63,526 nucleotides of DNA, filler included, from Kipferlia bialata (GCA_003568945.1; 4 parts of 3 records of this genome joined end to end with filler, not necessarily neighbours in it); one strand, 5' to 3'; shown: positions 36,901 to 52,295, counted from the whole stretch's first letter. The notes: generated by a model not told the origin, from the sequence alone. Program-made: numbers and translations.

Positions 36901-39900
36901 ACCGCATCACAACCTCGGCAGGTATAAATATATATATACATGCATACATATACACACACATATATATATGCACCTCTAGCTGGTGTGTTCGCATATATGT
37001 TGAAGTATCCATTGTTTGTGTTTTGGATATTGATCCACCCCTCGTGACACTGTGTGGCGTAGGTTCTATATTGTTATGTATTATATATATGCTGTGACCC
37101 CCAGGCACCAAGATCCCCTTCAAGATGGACGTGTCCATGGTCTCCTTCTCAGCCCACTCAGACCTCGACCAGACAGAGCACTTCATCAGAAAGCTGGCCC
37201 CATGTACGTTGCTCATATATTGGTGCATATAGCATTTGTCAATGATTATCTGACGTATGTAGTACGTCAGGGATGAGTGGTGGTTTGCCCGTCAGTGCTC
37301 TCTCCCATGTTATCCACCCCCATCCCCTCCCTTACCCAGCGTACGTGGTTCTGATCCATGGAGAAATGACTAAGATGAAGCAGCTAGCAGACCGCCTCGT
37401 GTCAGACTTTGCCAAGGGTGTGTATGTGTATATATATGTGTATACAGTGATGTATAGCGATGTAGTGTTTTGTGTTGTGAGTCTAGAGACCTCCTCTCTG
37501 TGTCTGATTCGATCAGGCACCATCCTGGAGAGAGAGAGAGAGACCGCCAAGGAGGAGGGCCACGAGATGGACAAGGTGGACGAGGAGAACCTGACACGGC
37601 TGTTGAGTCTCAAGGTGGACACCATAGGTGGGTGCAGCGATAGTAGGGTACATATGATACTCGTGCGTTTCGACCTCACCCTCCAGGGAATGGCAACACC
37701 CTGGCATTCAAGTTCCCAGTTAGGCCCAATGCAACACTGCTGGGTATGCAATGTGTCATATTCACTCTGACTGTGGCGCTGAAATAGTCTCACTCTTGTT
37801 ATCATTCCATATTGTTCTCCCACCCGTACTGTGTCCATCCCATCCCAACACCAGGCACCCTGGCAGTGGACAACGAGAGGGGGAGAGAGGCCCTAAAGCG
37901 GCAACACTCTCAGGCGCTGATTGAGGGGGAGGGCCAGATTGAGAGGGAGAGGGAGAGACCTGCCGTGGGTGGGGGCAGCAGCACGTACTCTCTACAGTCT
38001 GAGGAGAGAGACATAGTGATGAGAGCTCCTGGGGATGTGGGGGACGAGGAGAGAGAGAGAGAGAAGGAGAGGGCCAGGGCCGCGGCCTCTATCCAGGCCC
38101 AGAAGGACGGGGGGGCCGTGGCAGAGGGATCATGTAAGTGTTGCAGTGCTCGACTATAGAGAGTCTTTCAGGCTGCTCAATACACCACTTGCAGATGAAT
38201 ACTCATTCTTCGCGTGTAAACAGTTTCGACACCTGCTGTTTCCTACCTATCACCCTATCTATATATTGTGTTACTATTGTGGTCTGTCTCTGTATGTGAT
38301 CCTATGTCCTGACACCGATCCTGACGCCAGATATGGACCAGGCCATAGCAGAGGCTGTGGAGTCATACGAAAGAGTGCTCTTTGTGCAGTCTGCCGAGAA
38401 CAAGCTCTCTGTGCTTAAGCCTGCAGATGTGAAGGTACCTCATACTGATACTTATCTCATGTCTGGGTTAGGTCCACTTTGTTCACTTTGGTTCATGTAT
38501 ACTATCTCGCTGTAAATCGTGCATCTCTTCGTATTGACATAGTATGAGTTGTCTTTCAGTCTCCTCTTACCTCGCAGCGCCTCTACCCCTCTGTACCCAT
38601 AGCCACTCTGGCTGGTGAGATCACGGTGCCCCTGGGCATTGAGGACCCCTACACCACATACCGGTACATTGCACAGGCGGTGGGAGGTGGGTATGCCATG
38701 GTTGGGTCCAGGAGGTGTCTCATGTCTGTTGCATGTCCGTTGCATGTCTCTGACCCCCAGGGACAGAGCAGGACGAGATGCTGGCCGAGATCACGGTCCC
38801 CTCCCTCAGTATTGTGGTCAGCCTGCTCGATAGTAGGTACTCATGTCGTGGTTGCATACTGATTTGTTTCTATATACTCAAAGTCTGGATACACCCGTGG
38901 GACTGGATCTCTCTTTGCTGTATTATCATCCTGTATATACCCTGATAGTATTACCCTCATGGCCTCATGCCCTCATGCCAGGGGAAGCACCCTCAGCAGA
39001 GCTGCCCTTCCAGCAATATCAAAGGTATGGCTCCTGTCTTCTAATTGCCGGTAGCAATGTGTTTGTGTGATATATTTCGGTGTTTCAAGGTGCATTGTGC
39101 CTCTACTGTCAGTGGTATGTGTGTGATTTGCACCAGGGCCCCAGTTTCTCATCACCCCAGGCCCTCTCGTCTAGAAGTGGATCCAAGAAGGCTCAGAGAG
39201 AGGGAGAGTCAAGAGAGGAGGATGGATACAAGGCCAAGATCCAATGGAACCCTGGTATGGGATTGATACAGTCATTTCATTTTATCCTTGACTCATAATC
39301 TGATTCTGAATGTCTTGTGTCTATTCTCTCTCTCCCCCCACTTCTTACCCCCCAGGTGACCAGGTGTCTGACTCTGTGGCCCTATTCATGGCCCTGACCC
39401 AGCTGGAACCAGGTACTGCTCCATCTGTAGTGGTAGTATCCGTGTGTACTGGGTGTATACATGACCCTACGTATACGATGTTGTGTCCCGTCACTGCCTA
39501 TATATATGTATATATATCTACCTATAGCTATTTGTATCTGACGCTATTTATATCTGACGTGTCAGGGTACAAGGTGGTGGGGGACGGGCCCTCTGGGGAG
39601 AGTGCCGCGAGGGTGGCCTCTGATGCAGACACAGACGCCGGCGAGGGAGATGCCTTTGACGCGGTGGTGGAGACCCTCAGAACAAGGTGCGCCAGGCTTC
39701 TGTAGTATCACATACTCTACGTATATATGTATTATGTATTGGTAGTACCCATACCCATAGGCCGCTCATGGCAGGTGGGGCCCTGATGCTGTGCGTGTTG
39801 GCCAGGTGTCTGTGGCAGAGGTGGAGGGAGGGGATGTGCACACCGCTCTAGAGCTGAGGGAGGGCCCTTCGGTCAAGACTGAGGGTGAGGCTGATGTCAA

Positions 39901-40240
39901 GGCTGAGACTGACGTTAAGATGGAGGGAGAGGAGGAGGAGGAGGGAGAGAAGCCCACAGACACAGACACAGACACTGCGACTGCCACCGTTGTGACAGTC
40001 AGAGAGGGACCGCTGACAGCATCTATTTGCAAGGAGGTATGAATTCCGTTGTATTGGAAAACTCTTTACTGCCTTCATTGTATAAGTGTACTCTGTAGTA
40101 TTCTACAGTGAATCAACCTACTCTCACCTCAATTATCGTTGTAACGTCAGGGCCTATCAGTGAGATGTGCCGATCCAGAGCTCCGCCTGCTACTCGAACA
40201 GATTATGACCACCGTCACCAGCGTGTATATGCCCATATGA
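33923..40240 (+). CDS. CPSF3: Cleavage and polyadenylation specificity factor 73 kDa endonuclease (MBL/beta-CASP)
   Basis: [94 protein letters not shown] and QSGLSR favour CPSF73 over INTS11. Confidence 0.93.
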
Positions 40241-40404
40241 GTGTCTCTCTGTACATCCACGAATATGCTCAATAGATGAAGGGTCGTGATTGAAGTGCTT
40301 GAGTCGTGGAATAAATAAGCGGGATGTCTCTATTGAAAGTCATAGTAAAATGTACTGAACTATCTCAACACTGAAGGACTCATACTATTACTTATATACC
40401 ACAC

Positions 40405-43400
40405 TCAGAGGAAGGAAGAGGATATGATGGTCTTCTTGCCCCTCTTCTTCCCCTTGCCCCCCTTCGAAACTGGCATGAGGCTATCCTGTGTGGGTTTCCT
40501 CACCTCCACCCCAGTGGGAGGTCCATCTACGCCTGGGATGAGGGGATCAGGGGGGTGAATGTGGAATTGTGCTGTCTCGAGCACTTCTATAATTATACAG
40601 TTCTGTCGGGATAGTGAAGAACAGAGTGTAAACACATGCCATGGGCACATAGTATAAGGTATACAGACCCATGCACATACCGATATGGGGCTTGACTACT
40701 GGGGCCTTGGGGGGGGGGGCCTCGACCTTCTTGGCCTCAATGGCAACGGCGGTGAAGGTGGCTCCGCTGGGGGCATCCCTCCCCCACCCCTGCTTGGCTA
40801 GAGAGGCCTCCCTCGACCTCTTCTGCTGCTTCCTCTCCTTCTGACTAGGCCTGCTGGAGTACACTGCAGACTGCCTGGATGACCTCTCTCTCTCTCTCTC
40901 TCTCTCCCTCTGTTGCTGCTCCTCACTCTTGAACTCCACAGACGGTAGACTGTTGAAACAGGCAGCCACGTCTCTCTGTACACTGGTGGTCTGGGGCTTC
41001 GCCTTCCAACTCTGCCATCAGACACCATGCCAGCTAGATATAGATGTGATAACCTGTATTTACAAGAATAGGTACGTATACACCCATCACTCCTTCTTAT
41101 CATATGTGCATACATGCACCCACCTTCTGAGGGGCCGGGGCTGTGCGCACCACCCCCATGTGCCGCCTCTGCTGTATCTGCAGGGCCCTCTTCTTGGTGC
41201 CCCTCTTCGCAGTCACCTCCATGGCAGTGAAGCCTGACGCCCTAGAAGAGCCCCAGTCCTGGGTGGGTCATTGAGAGAGAGAGAGATATCGATGTTTGTC
41301 ATATACCTGGTTGACAGGTGCCTCTGCATGGGAGGGCGCACCACCCCAGGTATTAGTGGGGGCGGAGGAGGCGGAGGCAGACTGAGACACAGCACCAGAG
41401 GACCCGGCACGCTGGATACCTGGACTCAGTGACAGAGGCAACCAATGCACATACTAATGTATCATTATGACGTGGGATACAAGTATCTGTATGAGTACAT
41501 GTGTTCACCCACCGGGGAAGTGCTGCTTGGGTATCACGGGGGCCGGGGCTGCCTTGGGGTTCTTCATCAGAGTGCCTGTCCTCTGGGCCTGGGCCTCCAC
41601 GCTCTTGTCACCTAGATATCAGTATCAGTATCATATAAGTATGAGGGGTAGGGAGGGGGGGAGGGGGTCACAAACATGGATGCACACATAAGTCAAACAC
41701 CACTACTCCAGGACAAGGTGCCATGACATGTCCCATGATATATGTCCCTGGCCATCAATGATAGGTACTGTTGTATAAGTACCATACCCTTGAGCCGCTC
41801 TCTGTGCAGGTCCCTGGCCGAGGCCCTCTCCTTCTCGGACACCAGACTCGCAGGGCCCTTGTCCTTCCCCTTCTCTTGCCGCCGGGCCTCCCGCTCCCGC
41901 TCCACGTCGTCCTCGTCCTGGTACCACCACCCGTTCTTACCCACCACAGGGCGCTTGCTCTTCTTCTGATCACGGAGCTCTGTGTCCATACCCGTCAGCC
42001 TGAGCTCCCTCTTCTCCTGCTTGCCTAAGGGGTCAGGGTCACAGTTGGGGGCAGAATACTACAGTGTTCACTGAATGATATATATGAGACGAGGGAACAC
42101 AGCACTACAAACACATATAACACAAAGCACCCATCCTCAGCCAATATCGAATCCTAGACCGTCATAGTGTCACTACTACACAGGGACCGACACTAATCCA
42201 CACCTAGTCTGTCCCCATATATATATATATATATATACATCCACACATATATCCACACCTAGTCTGTCCCCATATATATAACTGTGGATATATACATACA
42301 TATATCCACCTAGTCTGTCTCCGTGGGCTGAGAGCAGGTGTCCAATCTGCCCTATCTGGGTAGAGAAAGCAATCAGAGCTGGGGTCAGTGGACACGCTGT
42401 AAGTGCATCTGAACACTCCCACAACTTACACCGGTAGAAGTACATATCCAACCGCATTCCCAGATGCATTCAACCTGTAGCACGCCCCCTACCTGCCATA
42501 GTCCATGCAGCAGTCTCAGTATATGCATATATGGTATCTACCTATGATACTGATATATACATATAAATACATACTGACATACTGCCTGCCCCATAGTCCA
42601 TGCGGCAGTATCAGTATATGGTAGCATATATGGTATCTGTCTATGATTCTTACACATTTACATACATATACACTGATATATATACCACCTGCCCCGTCGT
42701 CCATGTGGCAGTAGGGGCACACGTAGTGGCTCTGCAGCAGATGGGCAGACCAGGCCTCGGTGTCTCGGAAGAACACCCTGTCGTGGCCTGGAGTCAGTAA
42801 GTATTTAAAGGACAAAGAGACACATGTACAAAACACACCTCACACAACGTGTCACAAACCCGATTTATGTATGACAGTACATATATATAATATGTACATA
42901 TATATAATGAGTGACACGGTCAGAAATCGTACCTAGGGCCCTGCAAATCTCGCACTTCACATGACTCTCGTTGAGGTGCATAATGAGGGCGTTGTCATCA
43001 AAGAACCACCTAGAACAGAGTCTGGGTAAGGGAGACTTCAATGACACAACGGAAGTATATGTAGCAATGGCATGCGGCACCACTACTGAGAACTGATGAC
43101 ACATCCAAAGACTAGGTGGACGAAATACAATCAGTAGCATCGTGGGTAGAGTATCACCTGCAGAAGGAGTGGCCGTGGAAGTGGGTAATCTTCTCATTCG
43201 ACAGACCTGCTATCAGAAGAGACTGATAGATAGTAGTGAGGGAATACAAACCCTCATACACACTATATACCAATACATATACCCACAGACCACATGATGC
43301 GTACCCTCCTTCTTGTGCCTCCTGAGCTCACTGGTCGTCATCAAAGGCAGCTCGGACACAAACGCAAACCGGGCCTTGATGCACACATCACAGTAGCTCT

Positions 43401-44521
43401 TGCCTGTGTCAATATAAGTAGTCAGAGACTGAGGACACCCATAATGAACACAGGACAACAGCGTGTACTAGTAATAGTATAATGGTGTAATAACTATAAA
43501 GACGCTGAACCTGAAGCCAATATCGGCAGGATAGAGTCAATAGCTATAGGAAACATGAAGGCAGGCTAGGTCGACTGGTGGGTACTGTGAATACGAAGAC
43601 ATATACAACGATATACTGGATCAAGAGGAGTGGACAGACTGAGAGATTCTGATGCTGGTGGGGAGCGATGCTTTGACTCAGCCTATGAGGTAGTACTAGG
43701 CCCAATACCGGCATACCGTGGACACTGATACTCCCATCCCATATAGAGACACACACATATATACACCACTGTCATACCGTGGGACTTGACATGTCTCTGC
43801 AGCTGGGGCAAGGTATCACAGTTCTGATTGCACACTGGGCATATGAAACCTAAGAGTCCATGAACCTGATAATTAGATCAAAGGCAGATATAGGCCTCGT
43901 AGTCTATGAGGGAAACTGATACCAATGACACTTCAATAACACTCCAAGACTCAGTGTGACCAGTATCAGTACCTTATCCTCCGCAGACTCGTGAATCCAC
44001 ACACCCTGACAGTGGGGCACAACAACACTTTCCCTGGAATGGTCAATGGTACATATATATAGCCGATGGGTGAACGTATAGATACCAATAGAGACTAGGA
44101 GAGCCACACATGTCAAGGAACAGAAGATCAGGAATAGATAGACGCAGAGACCAGTGCTGCAAGTATATGACTCACACCTCAACAGACCAGCAAACGATGG
44201 GATAGGATTGGGCAGGGGGAAGGGTAGAATGATGACTGATGGGCTATCAATCTGACACTCTGGGCACAGAGTGTCGGAGCGGAATCGCCGTTGCTTCACA
44301 CAGCAAGAATCACACAGGTGGTAGTGACCGCACTCATGCAAGGAGCACAGGTCATTCCCTGAGTGACTAATTACTATGTGTGTCGTATACATACATCTAC
44401 ACACTAGCTATATATGGAGAAGTGTGTACGTGACCACGTGGTCCACTCACTATACCATAGACAACTCACCATCTCCATCTTGTAAGTCATCGAAGCAGAT
44501 GACACATTGGTGATCTGCCAT
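40405..44521 (-). CDS. ZNF598: RING/C2H2 E3 ligase of the ZNF598/Hel2 family (ribosome quality control)
   Basis: N-terminal RING: CVICFD..CGHYHLCDSC..CPEC. Then C2H2 fingers: CPVC, YCDVCIKARFAFVSE..LRRHKKEG, FFDDNALIMHLNESHVKCEIC, HLLQSHYVCPYC. Low-complexity tail ends KGGKGKKRGKKTIISSSFL*. Confidence 0.82.
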
Positions 44522-45772
44522 TGATGATTAGGACCAGGCCAAGAGAGCACTGAGTCAGGGCCTACACAGGGTTTTTGATGCCCACTTATGTAAAGGGTAT
44601 AGCTAGGGGTTGTGTAGACTCAACTCGATGCTGGACATCAAAACTAAAGGCCGTATGGAGGACACATATGAATGTTCAGGCCAGAATCCTAATGATTGAT
44701 TGCCACAGTAGTAGAGAGTACCGAGATCACACATATGTACATAGTTCATATAGATACTTGAATATCTTTACGTACAGAATCTACGAAATCCATTATGACT
44801 TGCGACTCGCTAAAGTACATCCATTTCAGATGGATTCAGTCAGTGTACGTACAGACATTGTCATACTTTTGAAGGACGGTAGTGTAACACTATATACTAT
44901 ATGAACCTCGTGTGAATAGTGCCCATGCCTATCTTCTGCGCATCTACACTAAAGATTGAACGTCTGTGACAACAGTAGGGCCCTGAATCAATCCAACTCA
45001 ATCCAATTCAATCCAATTCAGATCTCGGCCTCTAAGTGCGTGTCGTGCACGTGGAGCACTATATCACCTGTGTACTACACACAGACCGTCATCCCTCTTT
45101 CTAATCGGTCATACTAGTATATATAGTAGTAGCAGAAATACATGTGGGACTAGCAACATCTGGGAGTAATGATTCTGCTACCATATTATGGTATAGAATC
45201 GGTACGAGGAGCCAAGAGCTGTCCAGTTCTGGCCAGATTCCATTTCTTCCGGTATATAGCGCCGTTTCCGAACGGATAGCTTCCATCATCGTATCTCCCC
45301 TATTCGTATGCAATCGCAGTATTTGTGACATATATGGAACTGGGGGCTCTATACACAAGTTTAGCAATATCAGTAGGTGCAAGACACTCACATACTACTA
45401 CGCATTGGTATATGCTTCAGATCGCTCACACAGTACTCAAATAGTGTCATACTGTGGTCCATGATCATATGCCTTCCGCATAGACAAATATAATCGTTAA
45501 GGTTCTCTGATACCAGTCTCTTCGTTCTTTAACTAGGTAGCGTGTCCACTATAGAGTATAGAGACCTGACTGACCGTAGATATTTGCTAGTTAAACCCTT
45601 TTCTGTAATCCAGATTTAGATTTTTGCTACTCTCTTCACTCTCTCACCATACACTATACTCAACTTTGTAACACGTTCCCTACCCAGCTGTTGTGGGGGG
45701 ACGGGTGTGGAGAACCAAACACACGCTGCTATCGTAGCCGATTATCCTAGTCATCCTTGTGAATCGACGGGG

Positions 45773-48700
45773 ATGGAGGGGGTCCCTCAGGGTAAAGACA
45801 TAGCTGATGCCGTATATGCCACTTCTCCACGGCTGCTGGATCTTGGTGGTGCCCTCTCCACCCGCAGAGACACGGTGTTGAGTACTGTGCATGCTTTCCG
45901 TGATGCTGCGAGTGCCCTTTCGTTCCCCAGGTGGAATGCATATGTGGAAGACAATGGGTTGAGAGAAGACCTGGAATGCCTCTTCTTCAAGGTAATACCG
46001 GTTGTGTGAAGTCTATTCACAGTGAAGTTGAGCGTTCTGAGCAGTTACAGCAGTCCCATCGAGTTCTCTGGTGTTATATGACTTCTCGTCCCTTCAATCC
46101 CCACCCAAGAGTAACGTCCACCTATATGCCCCCATAGTCACTGGGAACACTGAGTCTCCATCGTTGCGTGAGACCGAAACAGACGACCCTCTGTATACCA
46201 CGCTACTGGCCTTGATCAGTCAACGCGTCGGGGGCTTTGGTTCCACTCCCAGTGTGGTACCTGTCCAGGTGATGGAGACCCTCTACCTGATGCTGCGTGG
46301 ACGGATCAGCGAGGTGTCGCCTAGTTGCCATGGCTCATCGGGGGATATGGAGGGGAGGGAGTGTCCTGGAGTTGGATCCTCTACCCCTGGTAGTGTGGGT
46401 GACTTTGGGCTGGCTCTGCTGCTACACGAGATGGACCTTGTGCTGGCCGGTGTCCCTGTCGCACAGTGTCTGCTCTTGGCCTCTTCTGCCGTGGTGCCTA
46501 ATGCTGATGCATCGTCCGAGTATTCCAGCCACCACTCTCGGTTGATACACGAGCTTCTGTCAATTGAGGACCTTCTGCGTGGGAAAGGAGTGCCGGTGCC
46601 CCAGGTATGTATGTGAGGCTATGTGTATGTATATGAGTAGACGTTGATACTGTACTGATGGAGGTGTATACTCTCCATTCTCTTCTACACCTGCTGCTCG
46701 TGCCTCCTTGCGTCTACAATACCTGTGACATCTCACCCCAGCACCTATCGTCCCAGGCCATCGCCTCTTCCATGGGCCGGGCCCTGTACTCATACTCCGC
46801 AGACATGTCACACCTGTCGTCAGATGGGAAACCCAGGCAGGGCTCCTCTCCCGTGGGGCAGGTCTCTGCAGTGGCTGCCCTCCTCGCCTCTCTTCGGCCC
46901 GACCTGCACCCTCTCTTCTTGGGGGGATATACCGCGGCCTATCTCGCAGCTCTTCCTGCCAGAACCTCTGTGTCCGGCACTATCTCTCCCGGTCCCCTCT
47001 CTCTCTCTCCTGTCTCACCCCTTCTCCCCCTGGTGTCAGGTACAACCCCTGTATATGTCAGTATCGCTGTCAGGATCAGGGGTGTGTACATATGGAGTGT
47101 AATGGTACTGACACTGACACTGACCCAGGTATGACCCCACAGGCCAGGGTGGCCGGTGCCCTCCGAGTCCTCAGGACCCCAGGGGTCTTTGCCGCTGTTC
47201 GGGGTGTGTCACGTGCCTATGTCGGACAGGTGGCCGCGCTGGTGTCCGATGTGTTGCAGGGTCTGGAGGGCAGCGCTCTGCTGCATGTTATCAAGGGTAT
47301 GTATCAAGGGTATATATATATCAAGGGTATAGGTAGATACCGGTTCTGTGTTGGAATTCTAGCTCTGATACTGCAACTCTGCCCCCCCCCCCCCCTCTCC
47401 TGTTAATCCTGTCCTCCCACAGCATGTGCCTGTGCCTCATCTATGTCTTTGTATGTGTCTATGTCTATGCCTATGCCTTTGTGTCTTCCCCTGGGTCTGC
47501 CATATATATTAATTATATTCACCCTTCATGATGTATGCATACCCTCACTATGAGTATCTCTCTCTTCTACTGGTCCCTTCCACGGATACTGATACTACCA
47601 CTGACACTAGGCAGCGTCTCGGCGTCTCTGATGGAGGTCACCATCCTGACAGAGTGTCTGTGCCAGGTCACATCCAATGCCACCTCCAATGCCACATCTG
47701 CCTCTGGCGGTGTGTCAGGCTCTATCTCGGTCGATGCCGATAGCGTCCTATCCGTCTTGGAAGGTAGAGCCTAGTGTAGAGTCTAGTGTCGCGAGTTTGA
47801 TACTCTGGTATATTATACTCGTGACCTGACATCTGTTTGACATGGGTCTTCAAATATTTCATACATCACATATGATACGTGTGTATATACATATGTCTTC
47901 ATATTTGTATCTCCCATTCCAGGCCTCCTTCCACTGTTTAGGGGACGACGCTACTCGTACGTGTCCTCCTGTGATGCGTATAGTGCCAAGATGCTCTCGG
48001 GGGTGGCCTTGTGCTGCAGCAGGTGTGTGTATGGAGACTCTCTATCAATGCCTGAGTATATCATTGCCAAAGAGTAGATATGCTGGTTGTATAGTGGTCA
48101 ATAGAGTGTCAGCTCTCTGACGAGTTCCCCTATATATATGGTATATACATATGTATTGGTCAATGTACAGTGTATATGGATCCCTCTCTGACCCTTAGGC
48201 TCCTCCGCCATCCCTCGTGCCGTGTGGTAACTCCGATGGAGACTAGGGTGCTCAGGTATCTATAGGTCAATGTATTTATAGATGTACTAATATATGAATT
48301 CATAATAGTACATTGGCGGTGGTAGGGGTGGTGGAAAGTATATACACCAGATTTATGCAGATATATCAGTATTATGGCCTGTAATTGTGAACCACTGTCA
48401 TGTACTTTCCCACTTCTTGACGGACTCCGACGCTCTTGTGTTGACAGTGTCGCTATAGAGAGAGTAGAGTGACTCTTGACTATTGAGTGATACTGTACCC
48501 TTTGGGTGTGTGTGGATATGTCACTCTCCTCTATCTCTGACCCTCACCCCAGCCTCTCTACCTCCCTCAACAGGGGTCTGTTCCATTTGCTAGGGTCGTC
48601 GGACCCAGTGCTCCTAGGTATATATAGTGTGTGGAGTGCAGAGATGATGTATTGTTTGTGTAATCATAGGAGTATTTGTCTCTTCCCATACTTGTGGCAC

Positions 48701-51700
48701 CATGCTCACCCATACTCACCCATGCTCACTGACCACAGGGGCTGGCCAGCTGATAGGGGAGTGTCTGGTGGGACCCCTCAGCGGCATAGAGATGCCCCTG
48801 GTCAGGGCAGGTAGAGGGGTCTGCGGTATATATTATGGACATTTAGCAGAGATTTGAAGTATATTGGATCTATATATACTAGTATTTACATTCATCAGAG
48901 GTTTGCATATGGGTTGCGCCCTCTCTCTGACTGTTAGGCGCCGGCAACCGGTTCCCCCCCACCCAGTCGTCTCTGTCAGCTGTGCAGGAGGCAAGGCAGG
49001 AGGCGGAGGGGGCCTCAGAGGCTGTGGGCCCCGCCCTGTCACTGTCGGTACGGTCTGTGGAGATGCCAAGGTGGGGATGCCATCATACGTCCATGTGTCT
49101 CTAGTAGACATCTATATATAGTGTATCGATTGAGTACACGTGTACTATAGCTCTTATGGCTCTCAGCCTGTGTGTTTCAGGTCCTCCTTCTGTCTGGGTG
49201 TGTCTGCCTACCTCAGCCTGTCTCTCCCTGAGGCCCTGTGTGTGGTGGATGATCACACAGTCATGGCCCCACACACACACACACAAACAGACACAGACAC
49301 AGACGCAGACCCACACACAGACACAGACCCAGACCCAGACACAGACACAGATGCAGACGCAGACTCAGTCGGTTGTGTGTCCCTCCCCTGTCTGCCTACA
49401 GTACAGCTGTGGCAGGCCCACCTCTCCCGCCTCCCCCTCCTCCAGTCCCACCACCCCTTGTCCATGCTGCTCTCTCTCCCCGAGTGCTGCCCCCCCTTCG
49501 TGTCCACCCCCTACCCCTCCCTCGGCCCCAGCATACAGACCACCCCTGACGCACCTGATGCTGAGGCTGATGCTGATGTCCCCAGTGAACAACAGTCTGG
49601 GTCTAGTGGGTCTGGGTCTCAGGGGTCTCAGGCACCTAGACCTAAGGGGTCCACTGTCGCGGCCCTGGACCCCGTCCTCCCCACCTCTCTCCCCATCCTG
49701 CCCCTGTGTGATGGGGGGGGGTGTCCAGAGGCCATGCCCTACGGGGACCCAGACGACTTCTCAGACCTCGCAGGTGGGTGGATTAGTATCGATATTAGTC
49801 GCAGAAATATATACCGATACTAGTCAGACCTCGCAGGTTGATTAGGGTATGCTGCAAGTACCATGTATATATATATGTATGTATATATATATTGACATGG
49901 AAGTCAATGGGCACCCACAGTGTGTGGTGTGTCATATGATACTAAGACTCCTATATGTATTGTGTTTTCATTACCCTAATCCTGCTCATTCCAGAGATTC
50001 CCCCTCCCACCGACCTCCGTGACGCCCTGAGGCTCTTGAGGGCTAACCCCGACCTGGGTGCCCCGGCTAGACAGGTGGGTGGCACACTATACAGTGCCTA
50101 CTTCGACATGGAGAGAGTTGTATTAACAATATTGGTGTCAGTGTGTGACTATCGATAGAACTGGCTTGAGCGCTCAACACTGTGATATTGTGTATAGAAT
50201 GTCATCTCAATTCTCATATGTGTCAGAGATCTATCTGTATACCTACCTGGACCCCCCCTGACCCAGGCCCAGCTTGTTACCCTTGCCGCTCTCCCCAGAC
50301 TCATTGTGGGGTGTGTGGGTCCAAAGGCCAACAAGTATCTCGATGTCAACGGCAGAGCGTTTGTGGACTCCCTCCTCCGGTTCGACAATCGGTACGGCCA
50401 TGCATATTATTCTGTTATTGTAGTCACAATGGATGTGTGCTGGTTATTCTATTCTATCATGTACTCACTCAAGGTTCGCCGTCTCCGGTGTAAAACAGCG
50501 TCTGACTGCGTCTCTGTCTGCCTGCTGTCTCACCAAGCCACTCTCCATCGGGTGCTATGCATGTGCCCAGATATGCACCTCAGAGCAGCTCACAGACTAC
50601 CAGCGGTGAGGCACTGCTGTACAGTCACATATATATATATATATACTATATATATACTGGACCATTGTAGCCATGTATCTCACTCTCAGCATATTTGGGG
50701 AGTATATGTGTCTTCAACTACAGTATAGTATACTGCGTATTCATATGTTAGGCTTACCCTATATATATGCGTGTGTATGCTATCGGGTGTCCACTTCCCC
50801 CTCTCTATTGCCCTCTGACTCCAGGCTGCTGTGTGCCGATGCGGCCTGTGACGCAGTGCAGCAGATGAGGGCGGGCAGGGAGGGAGGGCACGCAGAGGCC
50901 CTGATAGGAGGTATCGGGGTGTATCAGTATCATAGACACCCATAAGAGCTATCGAGAGTGACAACCACTCAGATACGGGCCTGTTTCCATACGTATCCTC
51001 CCAGTCTCACCCCCTAGGCCGTGCCACGTGTGTGCCTGTGCTGCTGTTGTGGGCAGGACACGCAGCCGGGTTTGTGGGCACAGCCAGGGGTAGCGACACT
51101 GGCAGTGCCAAGGCTATAGGCCAGGGGGGGTCAGGCACCCTAGGCCTGGGGCCAGGCGATGCTCTGGGTCTGGGTGGAGACCCCACCCGCACTCTGTTCT
51201 CGACCCGACCCACCGTGGTCAGAGGCGTGACCAAGGTTGGTATCATATGTTCCCCATGTAGGCCATTTCCATTGTATCTATAGTGACATACCGTCTACTG
51301 TCTATGAAATCCCTTCCGGCTGTCTTCGGTGTGTCTGACTCTTCAGCTGGTGCTGTCTGTTGTCGAGACCTGTGTCGCCCTTGACAGAAGTGTCCAGAAG
51401 GCATGCACCCTTGGGATGCGCCTCTGTCTGAGGCTCAGTTCCCTAGGTATAGGCCTGGACCTCTCTGGGCCTGGCTGGGGTGCCCTGTCCTCGGCACCCC
51501 CTGGCCCCCCCAGGCCTCTGACCCAGGAGGTGCTGCAGCTGATGGGGTACTGTCTCGAGGCAGGCCTCAGACACGACACAATGCCCTACCTCGCCACCCT
51601 GGCTGCCCTAGGTGAGTGCCTCTCTCACCCATATATAGACATATGAAAGTATAGATATGTCTATTTATATATATGCATTGATGGGTACTTCTGATGGGTG

Positions 51701-52295
51701 TCTCAGATGGGAGGTCACAGATGGGATGTCTCAGATGTGTATCCGCAGTCTCTCACCCCTAGGTCGGCAGGAGGGTGTGTCGCTGGGTAGCGTTAGCGCC
51801 CTGTACCCCCCCGAACTCTCAGGGCTGCTAGAGTCTGATACTGGTACTGGTCCTGTATCTGACAGGGAAGGGTCAGAGGAAGTGGGATCTGCCCCTACCC
51901 CCGGGCTATTCGATGTGTCCTTCAACCCCTCAGTGTCGGTACCCATCGTGCTGGGGGCAGAGGCCCAGGGGCGGGTGGCTGAGACTGGGCCCGAGGCTGC
52001 CCTACCCTATGTGCAGTTTGACACCCAGGCTGCAGCGGTGCAGACTGAGATCGAGAGGGTATCTGACGGGATGGACGTGCTGCTGCTGCTGACCAGTGCC
52101 ATCTCGGCCTGTGCCTCTGGCCACCCCTCTACCCCCACTAGACACACTGCGACTGGGGTGCTGCATGTCCTGAGGGGCATGGCAGGCGACGTCAGCAGGA
52201 GTGTGCTGGGGGACGAGATGGGGACCATGCTGGACACTCTGCTCACCCAGGGTGGGGGGGCACTGGCCAGCCTGGAGGGGTCGAACCACCTCTAG
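45773..52295 (+). CDS. TELO2: Telomere length regulation protein TEL2/TELO2 (TTT co-chaperone); start uncertain
   Basis: GLFHLLGSSDPVLLGAGQLIGECL, MPYGDPDD, PPTDLRDALRLL..LAALPRLI..LLRFDNRFAVSGVKQRLTASL..KP..QLTDYQRLLCADA follow the order and spacing of the Tel2 conserved blocks. Confidence 0.75.
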
